NCBI GenBank assembly: GCA_963669175.1
Contig: OY769902.1
Span: forward strand, 2,816,001-2,880,000
Direction: 5' to 3'
Source: a bacterium
GTDB lineage: Bacteria; Electryoneota; Electryoneia; Electryoneales; Electryoneaceae
Length of the DNA: 64,000 nt
Both the position numbers and the translations under genes were made by a program. Below the pieces are notes generated by a model. It searched no databases. It was not told the origin of the DNA and saw only the letters and a list, made by a program, of their open reading frames with translations. This document shows, piece after piece, positions 49,293-58,483 of the stretch. Positions within the stretch are counted from its first letter, which is position 1, and each line of letters begins with the position of its first letter.

Positions 49293-50183
49293 TCAGTCGG
49301 TTTTTTTATCAACCATTTCAATTGCCAATACATTGGGAATACCCCAGAAGGCATGATTCTGATTGTGCTGGGTGAAATCGGTCTCAAAGCTTCCAACCCA
49401 GTCCCAATACTCACCGTTTGGCAAACGGATACAGACCTGTGCTTCAGGGCCGCCTTCCAAGTGCTGAGCAGCCACTATGCCTAGGGGTAACTCGAGAAGG
49501 ATTGTGTTGAAATCGTGCATGGAATAGGGGGATCGACAGAAAACGAAGAGGATATTTCCGGAATCATCCTGTGCGAGCGAAGCCTCACTCCAGCGTCGAG
49601 GTTGCTGCTTCCAGGCATTTTCCCCAGGCTTTTTTATCAAGCGCAGGTTCTGCAAGATGCCATGATATTGGGCTTGCATGGAATCAAGCGGAATGACGCC
49701 ACGATCAAGAATGTCGAATTCTGGCAATCCCGCACGTTTCGGATTGAAAACAGCAAATGAATGATATGTATTATTGAAAGCCGGGTTGTTGACATGATCC
49801 TGTGAGCTCATATAGCCGGTATGGGTAGTATAATCCTCCTCAAACATACCCGCATTGATAGCAGTAACGGCGCCATAGAACTCACATGCAACATGGGCGT
49901 CCAGGAGGTCAACGCTGTCCAGCGCGGATGCTGCGAGAAGTTTCAACTTGAAATGCTGTGGGGATATGCGCAGAACATAGAGAATAGAATCATCAACCAG
50001 CGAATAGGAATCCAGTTTGAATTGACCAAACTCAAGGCCTTCCTGCAGAGTCACCCACTCGTATTCTCCGGGAACAAGTGGAGGTTGAGAAGCTTCTTTT
50101 GCGCCGGATCGACAGGAGATCGTTATCAGGTAAATAGGAATGAGCATCAGAAAAAGTAACGACAATCTTGCGAACTTGACCAT
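49293..50183 (-). CDS. Phosphodiester glycosidase (NAGPA-like) family lipoprotein
   Basis: Lipobox-like ITISC; AINAGMF; HLEGG; C-term IPNVL. Confidence 0.65.
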   Translation of the reverse strand: MVKFARLSLLFLMLIPIYLITISCRSGAKEASQPPLVPGEYEWVTLQEGLEFGQFKLDSYSLVDDSILYVLRISPQHFKLKLLAASALDSVDLLDAHVACEFYGAVTAINAGMFEEDYTTHTGYMSSQDHVNNPAFNNTYHSFAVFNPKRAGLPEFDILDRGVIPLDSMQAQYHGILQNLRLIKKPGENAWKQQPRRWSEASLAQDDSGNILFVFCRSPYSMHDFNTILLELPLGIVAAQHLEGGPEAQVCIRLPNGEYWDWVGSFETDFTQHNQNHAFWGIPNVLAIEMVDKKTD

Positions 50184-50200
50184 TTCTTTTCCCCCAGTAT

Positions 50201-51298
50201 TTAGAACGCCTCCTTATACCCCACCAGTTCCACATATCCGAAACTGAAGCCGGGAAAATCCTGGCGTTCCACTTTGACCGCGCCTTCCCAGTAGGTGACA
50301 CGGGTGGATCGGGAGGTCCGTAATTCCTGGTTGAGTTGGGTGGGCGTGAGGGTGAGGTCGATACCTTTGGAAGGAACCTGTACACGCCATCCGGAGGGAT
50401 AGGTTGTTTTGCTGTCCGGGCTGGTCCAGGTTCCGGTATTGGTCACAGTGATCCGGTCCAGGGCGAGGTGTTCCGGCGTTCCTGTGGCTGGCATCCATGT
50501 CCCGGCGGACTGAGCGATAGCGTTGCCGTCCCTGTCACGGATCAGGTAAATCATCAGCGCATCACCACCTGGCAAATGCAGGCCGAACCAGTCCCAGCCG
50601 ACCAGTCCTTCACCGAGCTGCTGGTTGCCGAACTCGTGGTCCATCCAGAAGTCACCCGATACGGCTTCCGTTGCCTGGCTGCCGGCAGGTGTGAAATAGC
50701 CGTCCGCTTTCATGTACGGCATGGAATAGTAATACGAGGCTTCGGTCCCGCCCGGTCCTTTTACGCTGTAGCCTTCCTCTCCATTCAACACAGGTGAACG
50801 ATCCCAGGTCAATGCCAGGCGTATCTCACCGAGGATCGGGGAGGAGGCGTGGAGGATATGCTGACCGTTCAGTTCTTCCGCGGACCAGTCATCCAGCCAG
50901 ACGTGGTAGACGCCGCCAACCGCGCCAGCTTCACCCAGGGTGCCCCGAGCGATCTTTTCATCAAATCCAAACGGCATTCCCGGCCCGCTCATGGCTAAAT
51001 GGGCGAAGTAGAGGGAACCGCTCTGTTGTCCGGGGAGTTGGTTACGGAAGAAAGTGAGCTGGAGATGATACCAGTTGTCCGGGTTGGAAGCGTCGGCTCC
51101 AGTCTTGAGCAGATGCCCGGTGTAGTACCACCATTCCAGCGCGTAGTCCGGGTGCGCGGCATGATCGACCGGGAAATTCCAGTTGTAACCGGGCTCAGGC
51201 ACCGCGAACTGGCCTTCCTGGGCAAAGGATGCGGTGCCGCATGTAAGCGCTATCAGCAGTATGAATGAGAACGCCCTAATTTGCCGTATAAACCACAT
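50201..51298 (-). CDS. CrtC/AttH-like lipocalin-fold secreted protein (start uncertain)
   Basis: FPVDHAAHPDYALEWWYYTG, QLTFFR, ASYYYS, WMDHEF, GWDWF, YWEG, GYVELVGY. Confidence 0.88.
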   Translation of the reverse strand: MWFIRQIRAFSFILLIALTCGTASFAQEGQFAVPEPGYNWNFPVDHAAHPDYALEWWYYTGHLLKTGADASNPDNWYHLQLTFFRNQLPGQQSGSLYFAHLAMSGPGMPFGFDEKIARGTLGEAGAVGGVYHVWLDDWSAEELNGQHILHASSPILGEIRLALTWDRSPVLNGEEGYSVKGPGGTEASYYYSMPYMKADGYFTPAGSQATEAVSGDFWMDHEFGNQQLGEGLVGWDWFGLHLPGGDALMIYLIRDRDGNAIAQSAGTWMPATGTPEHLALDRITVTNTGTWTSPDSKTTYPSGWRVQVPSKGIDLTLTPTQLNQELRTSRSTRVTYWEGAVKVERQDFPGFSFGYVELVGYKEAF

Positions 51299-51947
51299 TC
51301 CATGATCCGGGGTATCGTGTGGCGGAATAGCCATGTTTTTCGAGGAATTCTTCCACACCTTCGGTATCGTCTTCAATAATAAAGATCGGTTTGTCCCTTT
51401 TAATCAGGTTCCTCATGCCTTTAAGAATCTGGAGTTCATGGCCTTCGGCATCCATTTTGACCAACTTGATACGATGCGGAAATTTCAAGGCGTCAGTGTT
51501 CAGGGTGAGGACCGAATATTTTCCACCATCCTTTGTGATCTGGGCACGGTAAAAGTCACTCATCCCGGTGTCTTTCGCAGCGGGAACATCCATGCTGGCG
51601 AGGTCTACCTTGTCAGAGGCTGCGACGTTGAACAGGGTGATATTCTTGTAGCGTGCATAGGACGCATTCGCGGTCAACAGTTCAAATGTATCTTGAATGG
51701 GTTCGAAGGAGAAGACACGTCCTTTCAGACCAACCAATGAGGAGCAACGCAGGGTGTAGGTACCCACGTTGGCCCCGATATCCAGCACCCAGTCGCCATG
51801 TTTCACCCAGCGTCCGAGCATCTGAAATTCCTTTTCCTCGGATACAAATTTCCCAGCTCTGATCTTTATCGGGAAATAGATTTTTTTCAACACTTGCTGG
51901 CAGGATGGGGGCAACAGGGCTGCGAGTTTTTTCACTTCCTGTATCAT
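51276..51947 (-). CDS. FkbM family methyltransferase
   Basis: VLDIGANVG, FEP, KMDAEGHE. Confidence 0.9.
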   Translation of the reverse strand: MIQEVKKLAALLPPSCQQVLKKIYFPIKIRAGKFVSEEKEFQMLGRWVKHGDWVLDIGANVGTYTLRCSSLVGLKGRVFSFEPIQDTFELLTANASYARYKNITLFNVAASDKVDLASMDVPAAKDTGMSDFYRAQITKDGGKYSVLTLNTDALKFPHRIKLVKMDAEGHELQILKGMRNLIKRDKPIFIIEDDTEGVEEFLEKHGYSATRYPGSWNVVYTAN

Positions 51948-52071
51948 CAGATCGGTTCCCTGATTTTATGAAAGATGTAAACAACTCATGGTGAATGAAA
52001 ATACATCATTCAAAATGCAGAGGCCATACTTGAGGGGGATTCTTATTTTCAGGGATACTCATTCCGGTCCA

Positions 52072-52550
52072 CTAGCCCGAAGATTTCACCACTGGCAATT
52101 TCAATGTGATACTTGATGGAACGGCCAGTACAAGAACCACGGCAGTGGTTCTCTGTATTAGCCCACCGTCCAGCGCCGTCTGTTTGGCGCTCACGGTGGG
52201 AATAGGATGTACGCTACTTGCCAACCCCGGCAGCGGGTTGCCTGAATATTTCCACTGTATACTTTTGATATTTATCAGGTTACTCCTTCCGGAGTAAATA
52301 TATGGTGCGCATTATCTCCCCGGGTAGCCGCCAAACTGACGGCGGCTGCCCGGGGCTAATACAGGTTGCCCCTGCCGGGGCGGTTGCCGATACTCAGCCT
52401 CATATTGCCAGCGAAACAGGGAATAGACACGCAAAGGGATACCGGAGCAAACTGTCCCCTGAAAAATGCTGTATGAATCAGTTGTAATGTGTTGATATGA
52501 AATGTGTTAAGATGATTATCCATGTTTCGTTCATGAAATATTCGGGCTAG
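52072..52550. mobile_element. Non-autonomous IS derivative (MITE) with 13-bp TIRs and CTAG duplication
   Basis: CTAG|CCCGAAGATTTCA ... TGAAATATTCGGG|CTAG; no transposase ORF. Confidence 0.75.
52133..52385. repeat. Six-hairpin palindromic cassette, copy 1
   Basis: Symmetric hairpins; CTGTATTAGCCC / GGGCTAATACAG inverted pair; loops GTCTGTTT and AAACTGAC. Confidence 0.75.
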
Positions 52551-52647
52551 GTGATCGTCTCGATGAACCAACAATCGCAAGGAATCCAGAGGAGGAGATC
52601 CCGGACAACGCTAAACGACAGCGTTTCCGGGATGACAGAGTGGCAGC

Positions 52648-52734
52648 GAAAAATGAGACTACTACCTTTTCATCTATATCAAATCAGGACTTTGAATGAA
52701 GAGTTTTCGAAAAGGTAGCTGTACCGGATTTTTC
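52648..52734. repeat. REP-like pair (GGGGAC family), degenerate copy 3
   Basis: GAAAAATGAGACTACTACCTTTTC ... GAAAAGGTAGCTGTACCGGATTTTTC, similar to units at 4.75-4.83 kb and 58.28 kb. Confidence 0.6.
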
Positions 52735-52741
52735 GCAGATC

Positions 52742-55303
52742 CTATTCATACTCCATCCTGACCTGCTGAGCGATTTCGACTTTTGAGGCGCGTAAAGCGG
52801 GCATCAGTCCGGCAAACAGGGCGCTGAGAATCATCAGGCCACCCGCCAGCCCGATCTGGCCCCATTGAATTTGCGGACTCAGGGACCAGCCGAAGCTGTA
52901 TTTGTTGATAACATAGATAAGGATAAGGCTGAGAATAATGCCCAGTACAGCGCCCAGCAGCCAGCCTGCCAAGCCCAATAGACCTGATTCCGCGAGGATA
53001 CGTCCGATGAGCTGACGTTGTGAACCGCCAATCGCACGGATGATCGCATGTTCACGGGACTGTTCGGTGACAATCGCCGCCATGCCGCCACTGACCGCGA
53101 GAAGAGCTACAATAATGGCCACCGCTTCCAAAGCGTAGGTAATCGCAAAGGTATGATCAAACACATCCAACACGGCACGGCGTAGCTGAACATTGGTCCG
53201 GACATCCAGATCCAGTTCCGGGGGGAGCAGAGATTCGACCAGCTTTCGACCTTCATCAATGCTCATTTCGTCCGGGATGTAGATCGCAATGGAAACCGGA
53301 CGGTCATCACGCCAGTGTTCCGCAAACCAGGCACGATCTACCAGGATCAACCCGGAGTCGGTTGAGTAATCATAATAGATAGAGGTAACAAACAGGCGTT
53401 GCGGACCGGTTGGCGTCTCAACGGTAATGCTGTCGCCGGGTGAGACGCCCTGATGAAAGGCCATGGTCTCTGAAACAATGCAGGCCGGATCTCCACGTAG
53501 CAGCGACTCGTATGGCGACTGATCAGGAAGCGTCTCAAGGAATTGCAGCCGTTGCTGTTTTGCGACGGAAACCATACGAGTCATGGCCATACGGACATCA
53601 TGATCGTTAGCTTTGAGCTGAACGGTACGAAAACAGTCGATGTCCGCCAGTTGATCGTTGGTCAGCAAATTGTCCAGAACATAGGCCGGTATCAATTCAC
53701 CTTTATTCAGCTCAAAAGAACCGGAACCGGTAACCACAAGGTCTGCGGTGATTGTGTTTTTATACCAGATGTCTACGGTATTTCGGAAGGATTTAACCAT
53801 CATGTCCACGGAAAGCCACATGGCAACCGCGAGCGCCAGCGCTGCGACAGCGGGCGCAGTACGGTGACGTGAACGTACCAGCACTCCCAGCATCATGTTT
53901 ACCTGGGCGCCGAGCTTTGCGATGCCGGTCCAGGAAAGAATCTTGTAGCCAGCTCCCAGCAGCCAGGGAGTCATAAGCGCCGCCCCGAATACAAAGGCCG
54001 CCGCGGCGCCATACCCGGTTATCACCGGGAAAGCAGGGAAGGGGTAACGGGCCAGTATCGTGCCGAGTAGGACAAATCCGATTCCGCCGAGCAGAAGGAT
54101 AACCGGACGCATCCGGTCTTCCAGCACCTGACGTGAGAAGCTGTCGCGTACCGGCACTCGCGCCGCCTCAAAGGCTACCGGGGTAACAGCGGCAATCGCG
54201 ACAACAATCCCAAGCGCGGCGCTGGTAGCGATCTCGCCCCAAGTGACATACCAGCCTTGCGCGCCTTCAAGCAGGTAGAGTGTGCTTACGGTGATTTGAA
54301 CTGCACGAACCGCACCACGGGCGAACAGCAAACCCAACGGTACACCAAACAGTGCGCCGAGTATCCCAAGGGCGATTCCTTCGAGCAAATAGAATTTCAC
54401 AACAAAGCGTCGTCCCGATCCAACAGCTCGCAGAATGCCGGTCAACCTTCGCCTTTGCAAAGCCGCAGCGGTTACAGTCTGGTAGACAAGGAATCCGGCA
54501 ACGAGAAGCGCTACAAATGCCAGCGCTGTCAGGTTCAAGCGAAATGAAGCGAGCATCTTCTCCGCCTGGGGACGCCGCCAGCCGGCGGCTTTTGCTGTGA
54601 TGCCGGGAGGCAGAAAACGATTGACTGCGGCCAGCACGGAATCCTGATTGACACCCTTATTGAAGAGGATATCGATACGGTGTATAGCGCCCCAATCATC
54701 GGTCAGGCGCCATGCGCGGGGCAGATCCATAATGATCAGGTCGGCGATTTGCGCCTTGGATACTGTCTCACCTTCAAGGATGCCCAGAAGTTGAAGCGTA
54801 TCACTCTTTCCACTGTGAAAGAGTGGAAAACGGTCACCAATCGTAACCCCGAGTTCCTCTGCCAGCGAAGGGGACAGTAGAGCTGAATTCGGTGACGTGA
54901 AGATGACAAGCGGTTGGGTTGAATCTGCCAGTTCAGCCTTATACCAGGGACGAAGGTCACTGTCACGGGCCAGGTCTACACCCATCAGCTTGACGATACG
55001 TTCCTGAGCGCCGGCTCGTGCGCGCCTGATATATACCGGTGCGGCAGAATGTATTCCGGGCCAACGTGCCAGCGAGGTATAAAGCTCGGGAGGGATATGT
55101 CCTTCCCCTTCGGCGTAAATCTCCACATCTGTCCGTCCGGCAATCAGCTCCAGACTACGGCCAAAGGCTTCAATAGCGGATGAGTTTGCCACGCGAACAG
55201 CCAGCAGCACCGCAACGCCCAGCGCAACGCCACCGATAGCCAGTAATGTTCTTCCGGGACGAGCCAGCCAGCCTCGTATAAACAGTCGCAGCAGGGGTCT
55301 CAT
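52742..55303 (-). CDS. ABC transporter permease (duplicated MacB/FtsX type, AttF/G-like)
   Basis: RTLLAIGGVALGVAV; two FtsX-type units (GILRAVG, AIIRAIG); YVINKYSFGW. Confidence 0.9.
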   Translation of the reverse strand: MRPLLRLFIRGWLARPGRTLLAIGGVALGVAVLLAVRVANSSAIEAFGRSLELIAGRTDVEIYAEGEGHIPPELYTSLARWPGIHSAAPVYIRRARAGAQERIVKLMGVDLARDSDLRPWYKAELADSTQPLVIFTSPNSALLSPSLAEELGVTIGDRFPLFHSGKSDTLQLLGILEGETVSKAQIADLIIMDLPRAWRLTDDWGAIHRIDILFNKGVNQDSVLAAVNRFLPPGITAKAAGWRRPQAEKMLASFRLNLTALAFVALLVAGFLVYQTVTAAALQRRRLTGILRAVGSGRRFVVKFYLLEGIALGILGALFGVPLGLLFARGAVRAVQITVSTLYLLEGAQGWYVTWGEIATSAALGIVVAIAAVTPVAFEAARVPVRDSFSRQVLEDRMRPVILLLGGIGFVLLGTILARYPFPAFPVITGYGAAAAFVFGAALMTPWLLGAGYKILSWTGIAKLGAQVNMMLGVLVRSRHRTAPAVAALALAVAMWLSVDMMVKSFRNTVDIWYKNTITADLVVTGSGSFELNKGELIPAYVLDNLLTNDQLADIDCFRTVQLKANDHDVRMAMTRMVSVAKQQRLQFLETLPDQSPYESLLRGDPACIVSETMAFHQGVSPGDSITVETPTGPQRLFVTSIYYDYSTDSGLILVDRAWFAEHWRDDRPVSIAIYIPDEMSIDEGRKLVESLLPPELDLDVRTNVQLRRAVLDVFDHTFAITYALEAVAIIVALLAVSGGMAAIVTEQSREHAIIRAIGGSQRQLIGRILAESGLLGLAGWLLGAVLGIILSLILIYVINKYSFGWSLSPQIQWGQIGLAGGLMILSALFAGLMPALRASKVEIAQQVRMEYE

Positions 55304-55998
55304 GAGTGATCCAGTTTCCCGTCACGGAGTTTCAGAACACGGTCGCCGGACTGGAACATCTCACGGTCATGGCTGGCGATCAGCACAGACGCAATGCCTT
55401 CTCCAGCAATGGTTCGGAAAAGTGTCATCACACGATGTGAGGCTGTGCTGTCCAGGTTCCCGGTCGGTTCATCCGCCAGGATCACGGCCGGATCATTGAT
55501 CAACGCACGCGCTATTGCAGTACGCTGTATCTCGCCGCCGGAAAGCTCGTGGGGCCGGTGGCTGACACGATCAAGCAGATCAACACGCTCCAGAAGTGTT
55601 TCTGCCTTGGCCTTCGCTTGTTTGAAAGGAATACCGGCCAGTTCTGCTGGCAGGGATACATTTTCCAGGATCGTCAGGGTTGGAATCAGGTGGAAGAACT
55701 GAAAAACAATGCCTACGGTATGACGTCGATATTCATCAATATCTTTATCTGCGAGATCACTCAACCAGGTATCAGCTACCCTGATCCGCCCCGAATCCGG
55801 ACGGTCTAACGCGCCAAGCAGGTTGATCAGGGTAGACTTGCCACACCCGGAAGGTCCGGTTATAAACGTAATTCCGGAAGGCAACTCCAGCGAGACATGG
55901 TTCAGCGCATAAACAGGCTTGGTCGTGTGACCGTATACACGGCTGACATCCTGCAATTCAATCACGGGTTGTTCAGGTCCTTGGTTCAGTTCTTTCAT
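55300..55998 (-). CDS. ABC transporter ATP-binding protein (LolD/MacB-like)
   Basis: [26 protein letters not shown]. Confidence 0.95.
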   Translation of the reverse strand: MKELNQGPEQPVIELQDVSRVYGHTTKPVYALNHVSLELPSGITFITGPSGCGKSTLINLLGALDRPDSGRIRVADTWLSDLADKDIDEYRRHTVGIVFQFFHLIPTLTILENVSLPAELAGIPFKQAKAKAETLLERVDLLDRVSHRPHELSGGEIQRTAIARALINDPAVILADEPTGNLDSTASHRVMTLFRTIAGEGIASVLIASHDREMFQSGDRVLKLRDGKLDHS

Positions 55999-56091
55999 GC
56001 CCTCAAGATAGAGTCCCAGATTCATTGAGAAAACGGCAATTTTTCAGCCCGCCCCGGGAGGGGTGGAATTTCATGACTCGTTCCGGCGGGA

Positions 56092-56120
56092 TTGCACTTG
56101 AGTGCCAATCATCGTATTCT
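56092..56120 (+). promoter_or_regulatory. Possible sigma70 promoter
   Basis: TTGCAC-N17-TATTCT, 28 nt before ATG 56149. Confidence 0.4.
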
Positions 56121-56148
56121 TTCATTATTAAAAACAGTGGAGGTACTG

Positions 56149-56790
56149 ATGCTCGTCCGGCAGATTCTGACAGGTGGAGATCGTAATTACGCCTATGTCG
56201 TAGCTGATGAAGAATCCAGACTGGCGTTGATTATAGATCCCTCGTATGCCCCTGAACGAGTTTTTGAGTTCATCACAAGAAATAAGTTGAAGGTCTACTA
56301 TGTGCTGAATACTCACCGGCACCATGATCACAGCAATGGCAACGAAACGATGCTTCAGTTGAGTGGGGTTGAAGCGCTGGCCTTTGGCGACGCGGATCCT
56401 CGCACAGACAAGAGAATCGAGCAGGGTGCTGTTTTCCCGATGGGAAGTCTGAACATTCACATCTTGCATACCCCCGGTCATACGGAAGATTCTATTTGCA
56501 TCCTGGTGAACAATGCTGTATTTACCGGCGATACGCTTTTTGTGGGTAAAGTCGGCGGAACCGGGTACGGTGAAGATGCACGGCAGGAATATGATTCGAT
56601 CCACGAGAAACTGATGACCTTGCCGGATGAAACTCGTATATTTCCGGGGCACAATGTCGGTGTACAACCTTCATCGACAGTGGCAAACGAACGTGAGACG
56701 AATCCGTTTCTTCAGCAACCTGATTTTGAGAGCTTTGTCGAATTGAAACGTAATTGGCTGGAGTATAAAAGAAAGCATGGGATCGCGTGA
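56149..56790 (+). CDS. MBL-fold metallohydrolase (glyoxalase II-like)
   Basis: THRHHDH, HTPGHT, FTGDTLF, PGH; RBS GGAGG. Confidence 0.92.
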   Translation: MLVRQILTGGDRNYAYVVADEESRLALIIDPSYAPERVFEFITRNKLKVYYVLNTHRHHDHSNGNETMLQLSGVEALAFGDADPRTDKRIEQGAVFPMGSLNIHILHTPGHTEDSICILVNNAVFTGDTLFVGKVGGTGYGEDARQEYDSIHEKLMTLPDETRIFPGHNVGVQPSSTVANERETNPFLQQPDFESFVELKRNWLEYKRKHGIA

Positions 56791-56843
56791 CCGGTGGACC
56801 GACTCTGAAGTGAATTGATCCATCTGGATAGAAAGGATTTTTC

Positions 56844-57518
56844 ATGAAAAACCTGCGCCAGTTTGTGGTTCTCAGCATCATTATACTTCTTATAGCTACT
56901 GGTTTGACAGCAGGTTATGCAACTCTATTGAAAATGAAGCGGATGGCAGACGCGCGTGGCTTTCAGTTACCCATGCGTAAACTGGTGGCTGAACTCGCCA
57001 ATCCGAAAACTCTGTTCTACGTCAGCAAAGTAATAATTGATGCCGCGCCTACAATCGGTAAACCTGAGGAAGTAACTCTCAGGACCGAGCAGAACGCTAT
57101 CACGATTAACCGTCCGGTTGATGTTGTATTCGACTTCTTTGTTGATCCCCAGAAAATGAAGCTTTGGATTGCGGGGCTGGAGAGCATTGATGAGCTTTCC
57201 CAGGGACCGATGGAAAAGGGAGCAAAATACGTCGCTTTTTATAAATTGATGGGAAGCCGCTTTCAACTGGTAGGCGTCGTTGATGAGTTTGTCCCATTCA
57301 AGAAGATGCGTGTTTTGATGGATCACTCTGATTTCAGCGCGAATATCAGTTTTGAGTTTATTGAACACAACAAGGCAACAACGATTCTACATTCAATGCA
57401 GGCCTCTACAAATTCCGGTACGATGATGATTGCCGCCGGCATGGTTGCATACCAGGCCGACCTCGAGCTGAGTAAAGATTTGGAAAACCTGCAAAAGATT
57501 ATTGAGTCGAGGTATTGA
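56844..57518 (+). CDS. Membrane-anchored SRPBCC/START domain protein
   Basis: N-term TM; ITINRPVDVVFDF...W; C-term DLENLQKIIES. Confidence 0.75.
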   Translation: MKNLRQFVVLSIIILLIATGLTAGYATLLKMKRMADARGFQLPMRKLVAELANPKTLFYVSKVIIDAAPTIGKPEEVTLRTEQNAITINRPVDVVFDFFVDPQKMKLWIAGLESIDELSQGPMEKGAKYVAFYKLMGSRFQLVGVVDEFVPFKKMRVLMDHSDFSANISFEFIEHNKATTILHSMQASTNSGTMMIAAGMVAYQADLELSKDLENLQKIIESRY

Positions 57519-57519
57519 T

Positions 57520-58200
57520 ATGAAGTTGAATCTTGCAGAAGAATTTGTACTGCTTGCCCTGAATGATGAAACAGGAAAATGGGTAGCCGAAGGCACCGCG
57601 TTGCAGCTTGCTATTCCGGGAGCCCTATTGATCGAGCTCTTTCAGCTGAACAAGCTGACAATGGATAATAAAAAAGTCATTGTTTTGGACAGTACTCCCA
57701 CAGGTGATGCTCAGCTTGATGAAGCGCTCAACCTGATCACTTCAGCTAAGAAGACTCGCAAGCCTAACTATTGGGTGCAGAAACTGGCAAGCAAGATGAA
57801 AAAGCTGAAAGAAATCATGGTAAATCGTCTGGTGGAAAAAAATATTGTTAAGGTGGAAGAGGACAAGGTGTTATGGCTGTTCGATGTGAAGCATTACCCT
57901 ACTGAAAATCCGATGCCTGAACTGGAAATCCGCCAGAAGCTGGACAGTATTATCCTTCAGGGAAGCCAACCGGATGATCACATGGCCGCATTGATAAGCC
58001 TTGCGTATACCTGCAACCTGGCAAAAGAATTGTTTGACAAGGAAGTCAGGAAAGAAGCGACAAAAAGAATGAAACAGATTGCAAAAGAGACAAAAGCGGC
58101 AGAACCAGTAGCGCAGGCAATTCAGGAAGTTCAGGCAGCAGTTATCGCTTCGGTTGCGGCCGCGGTTTCTTCAGCCGCCGCTGCATCAGCTTCTTCCTGA
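57520..58200 (+). CDS. GPP34/GOLPH3 family protein
   Basis: LAEEFVLLALNDETG, GALLIEL, PTGDAQLDEAL, Ala-rich C-term. Confidence 0.85.
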   Translation: MKLNLAEEFVLLALNDETGKWVAEGTALQLAIPGALLIELFQLNKLTMDNKKVIVLDSTPTGDAQLDEALNLITSAKKTRKPNYWVQKLASKMKKLKEIMVNRLVEKNIVKVEEDKVLWLFDVKHYPTENPMPELEIRQKLDSIILQGSQPDDHMAALISLAYTCNLAKELFDKEVRKEATKRMKQIAKETKAAEPVAQAIQEVQAAVIASVAAAVSSAAAASASS

Positions 58201-58218
58201 TGCAGATGGTTAATGCTT

Positions 58219-58440
58219 GGAAAAAGGGGACTGCCTCCTTTCCCTGGGGTAAAGCCTTTCCGGCGTGAGCATGGACCGGGAAAGGTGGCTGTACCCTTTT
58301 TCTTGAAAGCAGGCAGGAAGTACACGGAAAAGGGGACAGTTTCCTTTTCCAGAAATACTTCAGGAATATTCCGTATAAGCGCGAGGAAAAGGATCCCGTC
58401 CCCTTTTCCCGGCAATCTCCATTATAACGGAATTAAATCG
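58219..58440. repeat. REP/BIME-like array (GGGGAC family), copy 4
   Basis: Four alternating palindromes between convergent genes; collinear with the reverse complement of 4640-4930. Confidence 0.85.
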
Positions 58441-58483
58441 ATAACAGCTATGTGTATAGGGAGTATACAAGCAAGCCGATCCA

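Noticed and set aside
56092-56108. CIRCE-like palindrome GCACTTGAGTGC
   Set aside because: It lacks the 9-nt spacer of TTAGCACTC-N9-GAGTGCTAA, and the downstream gene is not a chaperone
58219-58440. CRISPR array (palindromes with 23-34 nt spacers)
   Set aside because: Units alternate in orientation and are degenerate, some spacers are homologous between loci, and no cas genes are in the window
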